From the NCBI GenBank assembly GCA_050248615.1, contig JBFWSA010000018.1, positions 1-46,640 on the forward strand: a stretch of 46,640 nucleotides of DNA. Reading direction: 5' to 3'. How positions within the stretch are numbered: the first letter of the stretch is position 1; every line of letters begins with the position of its first letter. Shown in pieces: positions 20,297-29,025 of this stretch. The position numbers and the translations under genes were made by a program. The notes under the pieces were generated by a model. The model was not told the DNA's origin. It did no database searches and saw only the letters and a list, made by a program, of their open reading frames with translations. This stretch comes from Simkaniaceae bacterium (GTDB lineage Bacteria > Chlamydiota > Chlamydiia > Chlamydiales > Simkaniaceae).

Positions 20297-20309
20297 TTTA
20301 GCCCTCCAT

Positions 20310-20365
20310 CTGTTCATTATAATACACTGTTCAATATATATTGAACAGACAGAAATATTGAACAG
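20310..20365. promoter_or_regulatory. Probable autoregulatory operator of the TA operon
   Basis: Perfect 22-bp palindrome CTGTTCAATATATATTGAACAG (20327-20348) with extra half-sites 17 bp out on each side. Confidence 0.7.
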
Positions 20366-20619
20366 TTGAGTCGAAAATGGAAATGCCTCTCAAAAATTTG
20401 TTAACAATCTTATTTTTAACTGTTTAGATCCAATTAAACCATTCAGAATTTCCGAAAGGTTCAAAAGTCGCGACAGTGTGGCGACAATTTCCGTGGACCA
20501 TTTGTGGACTTCTGGCATGCAAAAAAGTGCGATAAATGACGATAGATCGCAATAGCTTGAAAGGGGCGCTTTCCTCTATGATTTCGGGGAGTTAGCTGCT
20601 AGGAAGTGGCGCGGGTGCT

Positions 20620-20669
20620 GCGGACTCATAATTCGTCGGTCCCTGGTTCAAGCCCAGGTTGCCCCACCA
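20620..20669 (+). repeat. attR: displaced tRNA 3' half ending in CCA
   Basis: GCGGACTCATAATTCGTCGGTCCCTGGTTCAAGCCCAGGTTGCCCCACCA; no 5' half upstream. Confidence 0.92.
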
Positions 20670-20688
20670 TTTCCCTGCGCGGTATTAA

Positions 20689-20994
20689 CTAGAACTTGGG
20701 TTTTTCTCGTGGCGGGCTAAACGTTTCAATTGTGAAAGTCTCTTCAAGAGCTTCTAACCCATGAGGAAAGTGGGAAGGAATCAAGATCGCCTCTCCTGCC
20801 TTTAAGAGATACTCTCTTTCTTAAACCCTAATTTTAAGTGTTCCCTTGAGAACATAAACACTCTGTTCACTCAAATGATGTTGCTTGGAAACTTTGCATC
20901 CCTTTTCGAACCGACATTGAATCAAGCTCAAATGCTTCCCCGAAACCATACGCAAGTGGAGTTTATCCCCCCCTTTTTTCAAAAGGGGTCTCAT
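20689..20994 (-). pseudogene. Cupin-domain protein with one in-frame stop
   Basis: HHLSEQSVYVLKG...LKAGEAILIPSHFPHG...ETFSPPRE; TAA at 20823-20821; absent from the ORF track. Confidence 0.8.
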
Positions 20995-21085
20995 CAAATT
21001 TAATCTGCTTTTATTGCACGAATCATTGCCTCAAATTAGGATAGTTTCCTATGTTTTTTTTCCCTTTTGCCATATTTGTATATAT

Positions 21086-22036
21086 ATGAAAGCTCTTTAC
21101 CTAAAAAAGCATTTTTCAACCGTAGATCAGATCCAGATGGAGATAGCAGAGATTCCTGTACCTCCAATAAAAAAAGACCATTGTCTAATCAAAGTTCGCT
21201 CTTCAGGAGTAAACTCTAGTGATGCTTTAGGAACCCTCGGCTATTTTTCACACGCAAAACTTCCCAGGATTCCTGGACGAGACTTTGCTGGAGAAATCGT
21301 AGAAGGTCCCTCTTCACTTATGGGAAAAAAAGTGTGGGGAACGGGAGGGGCTGTTGGACTAGATGAAAATGGTTGCCATGCAGAATTTCTACTTCTCCCT
21401 CTCACAGCAATAGCTGAAATCCCCCACAATCAATCGATCGATACAGCTGGTGCTCAAGTCCTTCCTTATATAACCGCTTACTATAGCCTTGTACGAAGAG
21501 CCCGCATCCAAAAGGGAGAAAAAATTCTTATCATTGGAGGGTTGGGCCAGGTGGGTCGAGCAGCACTATCTATTTGTAAGTGGAAAGGTTGTCACCCCAT
21601 CGCGCTTGTGAGAAAAACAGAGGATATTGAGAAAGCCAACCAACTCGGATGGGAAACAACCTCGGAGTTTACGGGTCAGTTTGATGTGATTTTAAATACG
21701 ATTGGAAATAGTGCCTGGGAACAACAACTTTCCTTACTAAATTCCTATGGAAGACTCGTTGTGATTGCTGCACCAGAAGGAAAACGCGAAGCCACTTTCA
21801 ACCTCTTTGATTTTTATCGTGCCAACCAAGAATTTTGTGGCATCAACACCGTCTCACTAGATTTTACCCAAAATGCATGCCTTCTGAAGGAGTTAAAAGA
21901 GGGGTTTGAATCAGGAGCATTATCTCCCCTTCCTATTGACGAATCTATGATTTTTTCTCTCGATCAAGCAACCCATGCTTACCAAACTGTTTTGAAAAAA
22001 AGTCACGGGAAAAGAATTGTTTTACAAATCTCTTAA
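21086..22036 (+). CDS. Zinc-independent MDR / NADPH:quinone oxidoreductase-like protein
   Basis: GVNSSD, PGRDFAG, GGLGQVG motifs; ATG 21086 preferred over TTG 21014. Confidence 0.88.
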   Translation: MKALYLKKHFSTVDQIQMEIAEIPVPPIKKDHCLIKVRSSGVNSSDALGTLGYFSHAKLPRIPGRDFAGEIVEGPSSLMGKKVWGTGGAVGLDENGCHAEFLLLPLTAIAEIPHNQSIDTAGAQVLPYITAYYSLVRRARIQKGEKILIIGGLGQVGRAALSICKWKGCHPIALVRKTEDIEKANQLGWETTSEFTGQFDVILNTIGNSAWEQQLSLLNSYGRLVVIAAPEGKREATFNLFDFYRANQEFCGINTVSLDFTQNACLLKELKEGFESGALSPLPIDESMIFSLDQATHAYQTVLKKSHGKRIVLQIS

Positions 22037-22081
22037 TCGCCCGCCTATTGGGGATTCAATCTCTATGAAAAGGAGTTTCTC

Positions 22082-22107
22082 AAATGATTTTAATTCGGGA
22101 TAGGTTC
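22082..22107. repeat. Family C solo right terminus
   Basis: Exact 26-bp reverse complement of 11255-11280. Confidence 0.85.
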
Positions 22108-22213
22108 AGAGATTGAATCCAGAATTCGCATTTTTATCGATTTTCTTGTAGATTTTTGCTTTTCATTAGAAGACATTATCCAAGAGAAAAGATAAAAAAG
22201 GCCTAGCAATAAG

Positions 22214-23974
22214 ATGACTTCCCATAGAAACTTTATTGGTTTTATCTGGCAGTTCCTGCGCAAGCAAAAAAGACTCTTTTGCTCAGTTTTAATTCAAGAT
22301 GTCTTCAACTCCCTAGACCTCCTTGTGTGGCCTTTTCTTTTGCGGTGGGTGATTGACATCTTTACCCAGCATGAAAGTCATCGCATGGAAGCCTGGGAAG
22401 CCCTAAAAATCCCTCTCATCGCCGCTGTCTGCTTCATTCTATTGATTGAAGTCAACTCTCGAACGATGGGGTTTCTTCTTGCCAAAGGCATTCCCAAGCT
22501 CCAAGCCGCTATTCGCATCCACATGTTTGATCATATTCAGAGGCACTCTCCCCACTATTTTAATGAACGGTTTGCTGGCAATCTTGCGAATAAAATCTCT
22601 GACATGACAGCAGCTGTTGAGACCCTACTAACACAACTCTGGTGGCCCCTTATTCCCGCTGTCGCTCTTGCCCTTTTCGGTACCCTTTTTCTGGGGTTTA
22701 TCAGCCCCTTCCTAGCTCTCATCTTAATCGTCTGGATGGGACTGCATTTGGGAGTCTGTTGGTTTTTTAGCAAATCTTGCGCCATTTACGAATACCGGCA
22801 TGGGGAGTCTCGTAGCACCTTGCTGGGAAAAATTGTGGATAGCTTAACCAACAATTTTGCAGTGAATTTGTTTTACCGTTTCACCTACGAAAAAAAAGCC
22901 TTGAACCCTTTCCAGAAGGAAGAGCAAGAAACAAGCATTTTTGCCAAAAGGTATGTGGAAAAAATGCGCAGCGTGACCTCCCTTTTTTATGCGACTGTTT
23001 GTTTCATGGGAATCAATGGATGGATGATCTACTTATGGTTCCATCATCAAATCACTACAGGGGAAGTCGCCCAAGTCTTTGGAACCATGTGGAACATCGC
23101 CAACACGATGTGGTATGTGGGAGGAACGCTCCCCCTCTTTTTCCAATCATTGGGTATCGCCAAACAGGCCTATACGGTCATGCAAGACCCTCAAGATATT
23201 CAAGATAAACCACAAGCTAAAGAATTACAGATAAAAAGGGGAGAAATCCTCTTTGAAAATGTCTCTTTCGATTACGGAGAGAAAAAATTATTTACGAATA
23301 AACACGCTCATATACAAGGGGGAGAAAAGGTCGGTCTCGTCGGTTTTACGGGCGCCGGAAAATCTACTTTTATCAACTTGATCCTTCGGTTTTTCCCTCT
23401 CCATCAAGGCCGCATCCTGATCGATGGTCAGGAAATAGCAGAGGTAACCCTAGAATCTCTCCGACGCCAAATTGCCCTCATTCCACAAGATCCTATTCTC
23501 TTCCACAGAACCTTACGAGAGAATATCTCTTATGGAAAACCCGAAGCAACAGAACATGCGATCCTCTTAGCTGCAAAGCTGGCCCACTGTGATGAGTTCA
23601 TCCGCAACATTCCTGGGGGGTATGAGGCAAAAGTTGGAGAAAGAGGAACTAAGCTTTCAGGAGGGGAAAAACAAAGAATTGCTATTGCCAGAGCCCTTTT
23701 AGTCGATGCGCCGATTCTCATTTTAGACGAAGCCACTTCCTCCCTCGACTCCATAACAGAAAATTACATCCAAGATAGCCTCGAAACGCTCATGCAAAAC
23801 CGCACAACCCTTGTCATCGCGCACCGCTTATCCACACTCTCTCGAATGGATCGCATCTTAGTATTTGACGAAGGAAAAATTGTGGAAGAAGGTTCTCATA
23901 AGATGTTGATGGATAAAAAGGGGCTTTATTTCAAAATGTGGAGTATGCAAGTCGGCGGCTTTCTTCCCATTTGA
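22214..23974 (+). CDS. ABC exporter, fused permease/ATPase (MsbA/Atm1-like)
   Basis: N-terminal TM domain; GFTGAGKS, LSGGEKQR, ILDEATS, IAHRLST. Confidence 0.95.
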   Translation: MTSHRNFIGFIWQFLRKQKRLFCSVLIQDVFNSLDLLVWPFLLRWVIDIFTQHESHRMEAWEALKIPLIAAVCFILLIEVNSRTMGFLLAKGIPKLQAAIRIHMFDHIQRHSPHYFNERFAGNLANKISDMTAAVETLLTQLWWPLIPAVALALFGTLFLGFISPFLALILIVWMGLHLGVCWFFSKSCAIYEYRHGESRSTLLGKIVDSLTNNFAVNLFYRFTYEKKALNPFQKEEQETSIFAKRYVEKMRSVTSLFYATVCFMGINGWMIYLWFHHQITTGEVAQVFGTMWNIANTMWYVGGTLPLFFQSLGIAKQAYTVMQDPQDIQDKPQAKELQIKRGEILFENVSFDYGEKKLFTNKHAHIQGGEKVGLVGFTGAGKSTFINLILRFFPLHQGRILIDGQEIAEVTLESLRRQIALIPQDPILFHRTLRENISYGKPEATEHAILLAAKLAHCDEFIRNIPGGYEAKVGERGTKLSGGEKQRIAIARALLVDAPILILDEATSSLDSITENYIQDSLETLMQNRTTLVIAHRLSTLSRMDRILVFDEGKIVEEGSHKMLMDKKGLYFKMWSMQVGGFLPI

Positions 23975-23984
23975 GACTAAATCC

Positions 23985-24024
23985 ATACTCAAACAACTTA
24001 TAATGAATATATTAGTTGTTTAGT
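23985..24024. repeat. Degenerate family A remnant
   Basis: ATACTCAAACAACTT...AGTTGTTTAGTA. Confidence 0.65.
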
Positions 24025-24095
24025 AGAAACTTAAATAAAAAACCCACTTGATATTATTGGGTGTTTGTATTAAGTTAAAGAATCAAGAGATCTCT

Positions 24096-24695
24096 ATGAA
24101 AAAACCAAAAGCCCTCAAGGCCATTCACCAACTTTTGACCCGCCCTTCCTTCACTGCAGATGAGGCTAGTGAGCTAGGAGTTTCTACAGCTGTTCTGGGA
24201 TATTATGTTAAAACTGGACGCATTCGACGTCTGGGTAGGGGCATTTATCAAGGAATTGACTATCGAAGCTCACCGGAAAATTTTAGGTGGGAGGATCTTA
24301 TCGATGCTGTAAATTCAGTTCCAGGTGGGGTAGTCTGCCTCGTTTCCGCACTGGCTATTTACGAAATTACAGATGAAATTCCTAGACAATATTGGATTGC
24401 TATATCCCATAGTACTTCAGTTAACAGGGGAGCTAGCGTTAAAATAGTTCGATTCCGAAATATGAGCCTTGGTAAGACAACGGTTGATCTTGGAGGAATT
24501 CAAGTACCCATATTTGATCGCGAACGTACAATCATCGATGCTTTTCGGCTTTTAAGCCAAGAAACGGCCATCAAATCTTTAAAAATGGCCTTATCGTCTA
24601 AAAGTAAAGTGCGCTTAGATTTACGGAAATTACAAACTTATGCTAAAAGCCTTAGATTTAATATTTCACCCTATCTTCTTTCAGCAACAACATGA
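24096..24695 (+). CDS. abiEi: AbiEi family antitoxin (type IV TA)
   Basis: RLGRGIY, CLVSALAIYEITDEIP, FDRERTIID motifs. Confidence 0.9.
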   Translation: MKKPKALKAIHQLLTRPSFTADEASELGVSTAVLGYYVKTGRIRRLGRGIYQGIDYRSSPENFRWEDLIDAVNSVPGGVVCLVSALAIYEITDEIPRQYWIAISHSTSVNRGASVKIVRFRNMSLGKTTVDLGGIQVPIFDRERTIIDAFRLLSQETAIKSLKMALSSKSKVRLDLRKLQTYAKSLRFNISPYLLSATT

Positions 24696-25552
24696 ATGAG
24701 CAAGCATTAAAAGACAGAATTAAGGCCATTGCAGGTGAAAAAGGAATTCACTTTAATGAATGTTGGAAAAAACTTCTCCTAGAGAGATTCTTATTGCGCT
24801 TATCTCGCTCCGCTCATCACAAGAAATTTATTTTCAAAGGAGGTTTTCTCTTAGCCTATTTGATGGAAATAGGACGAGAAACAGTTGATCTCGACTTTCT
24901 ACTCACTCGCATGAACGCTAGTGAAAATGAGATAAAAAAAACCATGATAGACATTGTCAATACTGAATCAATGGATGGTTTTTTCTTCCATTATGAGGAC
25001 ATAACACCCTTAGAGCAACCCCATATGAAATATCCTGGCTACCGGATCAACTTCGAAGTAAAATTTGGTCGTATGAAGGATAGAGTTCATATTGATGTGG
25101 GAACAGGTGATATTGTAAGTCCTACTACTCATAATCTGCATCTCATTCAATATCGTAATAAACCTCTATTTGAAAGCCAAATTTCATTGCAAGTGTATCC
25201 ACCTGAAACCATTTTCGCAGAAAAACTTGAGTCTGTGATCTCCAAAGGCACGATCAATAGTCGCATGAAGGATTATCACGATTTGCTTCTACTCATACGT
25301 GACTCTCAATTAATTAATTTTAATAAACTGCATGAAGCAATAAAACAGACATTTTATCATCGAGGAACACCTTTTGAACTCATTGATTTTAGCAAACAAG
25401 GACTAAAACCCTTGGATAAGTTATGGCAGGCTCACCTTAAGAATTTGGGAAATGTGGCAGAAGGATTGAACCTCCCTCGAAATATTCAAGACGCCATTAT
25501 TGAGATCAATCAAGCTCTTTCCAAATTAACACTCGAATATTCTCTCTCTTAG
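24692..25552 (+). CDS. abiEii: AbiEii family nucleotidyltransferase toxin
   Basis: ERFLLRLS, FKGG, RETVDLD, AEKL, SRMKDYHD; ATGA overlap with abiEi. Confidence 0.92.
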   Translation: MNEQALKDRIKAIAGEKGIHFNECWKKLLLERFLLRLSRSAHHKKFIFKGGFLLAYLMEIGRETVDLDFLLTRMNASENEIKKTMIDIVNTESMDGFFFHYEDITPLEQPHMKYPGYRINFEVKFGRMKDRVHIDVGTGDIVSPTTHNLHLIQYRNKPLFESQISLQVYPPETIFAEKLESVISKGTINSRMKDYHDLLLLIRDSQLINFNKLHEAIKQTFYHRGTPFELIDFSKQGLKPLDKLWQAHLKNLGNVAEGLNLPRNIQDAIIEINQALSKLTLEYSLS

Positions 25553-25606
25553 ATTTGGGATGATTCATACGAATCTTTCTGTTTTCCTTCGACAAGTACT
25601 ATTATT

Positions 25607-26620
25607 TTATAATAACTTACCCATTGGGGTATCGCGAGGATCTCCTGCATACCCGTCAGGATCCTTAAAGGGCATAGCGCGATAGCCCACACGTTTGTAA
25701 AATCCTACGGAATCAGGAGAAGCTTCTGTATGAAGGCTCGTGTATCTCTTAGATTGCAGCCAGGTCTCTATCCACTTAAGAAACTGCGTAGCAAACCCTT
25801 GATTCCGGAAGGCCTTTTCAATCACAAGGATTCTTAAAGCAGCTCTTGACTCAGGCCAAAGCTGAATATGGGCATACCCAACAATTTCCACCCCTTTGTA
25901 CAAGATAAAATGGGTATGGTCAGAATGCTTAAAGGTCCATTCATAGGGGTCAGTCGTAGAGATTTTATCAAAAAAATAACGCTTTCTTAAAGCTTTGGCA
26001 GCTTCCCATTCATTGAAATGCGTGCAAATGACAAACCGTAAACGGTTAAAGCCCGCTCGCTCGAGAACGCTTCTAATAAAAGCATCTTTTCCCAGATTAT
26101 ACCCGGTGAAAAGAGAACCCTTCTTTTCAAAAGACGATTTCTTTTTAAGTAATTCCAGCTTTAATGCCCCATAAGCATCCCGCACTTCAGGGTGACTTCT
26201 AAGATAATCCCGAAAAGTGAGGTTGAGATCGATTTCAGGATTCCCTTCCTCATAAACATGAAGATTGACCTCCCTCTCCCCGCGCTTACTAAAGCCATAG
26301 TGAAGAGGAATGTTATACTCCCCTCGATACTTAAATCCGATAGCTTCTAACTTTTGAATGCACGCTTCTGGATTTTTAGTAACGACAATACTATCAATTT
26401 TTGGCTTCGCTGCAAGACCTGGAACAGAGGTAGATCCCACATGATGAATAGCGATGCATTGATCCCCTAACGCCTCTTTTATTTGGCTTGCCTCAGAGGC
26501 AAAATACTCGGGCCACCTAGGATCATAAGGAACAACTTCGATATTTCTTATCTCTTTTTCTGAAGGCATACTGTTTATTTCACCAAAACCTAAAAAAACC
26601 AGAATGATTAGTAATTTCAT
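25607..26620 (-). CDS. GrpB (UPF0157) domain fused to a GNAT acetyltransferase
   Basis: YDPRW, HVGSTSVPGLAAKPKID, FRDYL; C-terminal FRNQGFA and FYKRVGY; alternative start 26569. Confidence 0.9.
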   Translation of the reverse strand: MKLLIILVFLGFGEINSMPSEKEIRNIEVVPYDPRWPEYFASEASQIKEALGDQCIAIHHVGSTSVPGLAAKPKIDSIVVTKNPEACIQKLEAIGFKYRGEYNIPLHYGFSKRGEREVNLHVYEEGNPEIDLNLTFRDYLRSHPEVRDAYGALKLELLKKKSSFEKKGSLFTGYNLGKDAFIRSVLERAGFNRLRFVICTHFNEWEAAKALRKRYFFDKISTTDPYEWTFKHSDHTHFILYKGVEIVGYAHIQLWPESRAALRILVIEKAFRNQGFATQFLKWIETWLQSKRYTSLHTEASPDSVGFYKRVGYRAMPFKDPDGYAGDPRDTPMGKLL

Positions 26621-26642
26621 TTTTTTGAAGTTTTTGAGTATA
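26621..26642. repeat. Family A solo right terminus (degenerate)
   Basis: TTTTGAAGTTTTTGAGTATA directly adjacent to the start codon at 26620. Confidence 0.6.
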
Positions 26643-26772
26643 GATTCTACCCCCCTCTTCTTTTTCTTTCACGATTTTCTGTATCTAATACAAAATAGAT
26701 ATCATGCGTTACGTTTTGACTTCTCCATAAAAACTTGCTAAACTCATGCTCACCTAATTTAAATGAGTCTCT

Positions 26773-27570
26773 ATGGATGAAAGTGCTGTTATTGTAATTC
26801 CTGCGCGGATGGCTTCCACGCGATTTCCTGATAAACCTCTGGCTTTGATTAAGGGCAAGACAATGATTGAACGGGTCTGGCACCTTGCTAAGAGGGTTAA
26901 GGGGGCAAACGAGGTCCTGATTGCAACCGATAGTCAAGATCTTAAAGCATTCGCAGAAGACTTTGGAGCCACCGTGATGCTGACGAGTCCCGAATGCTTG
27001 ACGGGTACAGATCGTGTAGCAGAAGTCTCCCGTTTATTGGATCAAAAACATACCATATTTTTTAGTTTTCAAGGGGACGCGGTACTGACCCCTCCATGGG
27101 TGATTGAGGGTGTTCTTCAAGCGATGCTCTCTGACCCCACTGTTCAAATAGCAACTCCTGCAGTCCATTTAACAGGGAAAGCTCTGACAGATTTTGTTAC
27201 CAGTAAACGTGGGGGAAGCTCAAGTGGCACAACGGTCACCTTTGATAAGAAGGGAAAAGCTCTCTATTTTTCCAAAGCCCTTATCCCCTACAATCGAGAC
27301 GAAATGCAGACAGATCGTATCATCTATCGTCATATTGGCCTCTATGGCTACAGAGCAGAAACGCTTCAACAACTAAGTCTTCTTCCTGAAGGGGTATTTG
27401 AAAAATCTGAAAAACTTGAACAACTGCGCGCTTTAGAAAACGGCATTTCGATTCAAGTCGTTCCTGTAGACTATAGAGGGAGAACGCATGGCTCTGTAGA
27501 TCGCCCCGAAGATATTTCCTTTGTTGAAAAGATCATCGAACTAGAAGGGGAACTCTTAGAGGGTGTTTAA
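26773..27570 (+). CDS. kdsB: 3-deoxy-manno-octulosonate cytidylyltransferase
   Basis: IPARMASTRFPDKPL, GTDR, QGD, HIGLYGY, LEQLRALENG. Confidence 0.95.
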   Translation: MDESAVIVIPARMASTRFPDKPLALIKGKTMIERVWHLAKRVKGANEVLIATDSQDLKAFAEDFGATVMLTSPECLTGTDRVAEVSRLLDQKHTIFFSFQGDAVLTPPWVIEGVLQAMLSDPTVQIATPAVHLTGKALTDFVTSKRGGSSSGTTVTFDKKGKALYFSKALIPYNRDEMQTDRIIYRHIGLYGYRAETLQQLSLLPEGVFEKSEKLEQLRALENGISIQVVPVDYRGRTHGSVDRPEDISFVEKIIELEGELLEGV

Positions 27571-27575
27571 AAGCC

Positions 27576-28112
27576 TTATTCACAGCGGCTTTCAGCAATT
27601 TTTAAGTAAGCATAGAGGGCTAGATCGTATTCCTCTTCAGCAAGAGACTCGATCATCAGTTTGTGGTAGTTGATATATCCCTTGGGAAGGCGCTCTTCAA
27701 GTTTTGCTTCGATTTGGGCAATCTGCTTCTGAAGGTCTTCTCTGTGAAGCATGTAAGCAGTATCGATCCGGTAGTACTCATCATCAACAGAACACTTTAA
27801 GAGACGTCCCAGTGCGGAAACTGCATCTGCAAGAGCCTCTTTAGTATCAGCGCCTTCTTTAAAAGAGAGGATAAACTTCTCTGCCATTTCAGCAATTTCA
27901 GGATTAGGGTCTTTTTCATATTGCTTTAAGCGCTCAATGAAAGAGAGATAAGCGTTTTCGAGTTTTTCTTCATCGATCAGACGGGATTCATCTTGCAAAA
28001 TGCCAAAAACACTTTCGGTGAATTGGCAAAGGTCTTGGCCACGCTTTTCCTTTTCATTGGCAAAGGTTAAAGAGGCAAAAGCAAGAAGGGCTATTGTGAG
28101 ATATTTTTTCAT
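27576..28112 (-). CDS. Hypothetical exported protein
   Basis: AGGAGA RBS and MKKYLTIALLAFASLTFA signal peptide. Confidence 0.75.
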   Translation of the reverse strand: MKKYLTIALLAFASLTFANEKEKRGQDLCQFTESVFGILQDESRLIDEEKLENAYLSFIERLKQYEKDPNPEIAEMAEKFILSFKEGADTKEALADAVSALGRLLKCSVDDEYYRIDTAYMLHREDLQKQIAQIEAKLEERLPKGYINYHKLMIESLAEEEYDLALYAYLKIAESRCE

Positions 28113-28253
28113 GTTCTCCTCATTGTTTGAACCTATTATACGAGATCCCTGAAAGGCACGCAAGAGCGTTTAAATTTTTTATTGATGGTTAATGAATTCT
28201 TAACATAGAATGCACTCAAAATTTTTGTATAACAACCTCAAAGGAGGTATAAA

Positions 28254-28826
28254 ATGGCAAGTGAAGTTCCAAAAGTCAGTAGTAGCGCCTTTCATCGCTC
28301 AACATGGAAAGAGCTTAACACGCAAGAGGGATTTAATAAATTGGAAACCTGGCTGCGGCTGGGCAATCCCACACAAGACCTCCTTCAAGGGATCTATAAC
28401 TTTGTGGCGCGGTTTGGACTGAAAGGGAATGAGTCTCTTCTTGGTAATTTAAGTGTTCACGCGACGGGGAATCAGAAACAAGCTGTCGAGCAAGACTTAA
28501 TTCAGATCGCTAACCTTCAACTCTCTGTTTATCATTGCACCGTTGCGGGGATCATGCGATCTACCTGTGAAGCCATGGTGCAAGAGGGAGAACTGACTCT
28601 TGTTCAAAAGGGAGAGCTTCAAACAATGGCGCAATTTTTACTCAGTGACCTTTTCAAAGGGAGTGAGGATATTCAAACAGAAGCGAAAGCCTTAAATGCT
28701 GCCCTTGTGGAAGAGAATAAGCAAGAAATCCAAGATAGCCTCCAAAAACTGATTGCCCGCTTTAAAGAAGGATGGGTAGGGGCTACTCTCAAGCATGTTC
28801 CTGTTCTTAACTGGTGGTACTATTGA
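28254..28826 (+). CDS. Hypothetical protein (190 aa)
   Basis: Strong AGGAGGT RBS; no recognised motif. Confidence 0.75.
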   Translation: MASEVPKVSSSAFHRSTWKELNTQEGFNKLETWLRLGNPTQDLLQGIYNFVARFGLKGNESLLGNLSVHATGNQKQAVEQDLIQIANLQLSVYHCTVAGIMRSTCEAMVQEGELTLVQKGELQTMAQFLLSDLFKGSEDIQTEAKALNAALVEENKQEIQDSLQKLIARFKEGWVGATLKHVPVLNWWYY

Positions 28827-28861
28827 TTTTGAAAAGAGATAGGGCTATATAATGGTCCTAT

Positions 28862-29025
28862 GAACCGATCCGGAATTAATGATATTTTTTCATTTCAGCT
28901 TCTTTGGCATCTTTACCACCCTTTTTTAAAGTCCTTGTCAATAGGACAATGTCCTCTAAAAAAAGGTGGCAAATCTGCTCAAACCTACAAGAAATCCAAT
29001 AAATCCTTTAATTCCGGATAGATTC
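28862..29025. repeat. Palindromic element family C, full length (164 bp)
   Basis: Terminal inverted repeats GAACCGATCCGGAATTAA / TTAATTCCGGATAGATTC, flanked by AT on both sides; inner stem CCACC..TTTT / AAAAGGTGG; left arm aligns with 11255-11310. Confidence 0.8.

Larger units (their letters stand above)
16677..20667. mobile_element. tRNA-integrated genomic island (~3.9 kb, no integrase)
   Basis: Bounded by a 48-bp direct repeat of the tRNA 3' half; arm-like repeats at both ends; toxin-antitoxin cargo. Confidence 0.88.

Noticed and set aside
20587..20669. Second complete tRNA gene
   Set aside because: Only the anticodon arm to CCA matches; no acceptor 5' strand or D arm is correctly placed, so it is attR.
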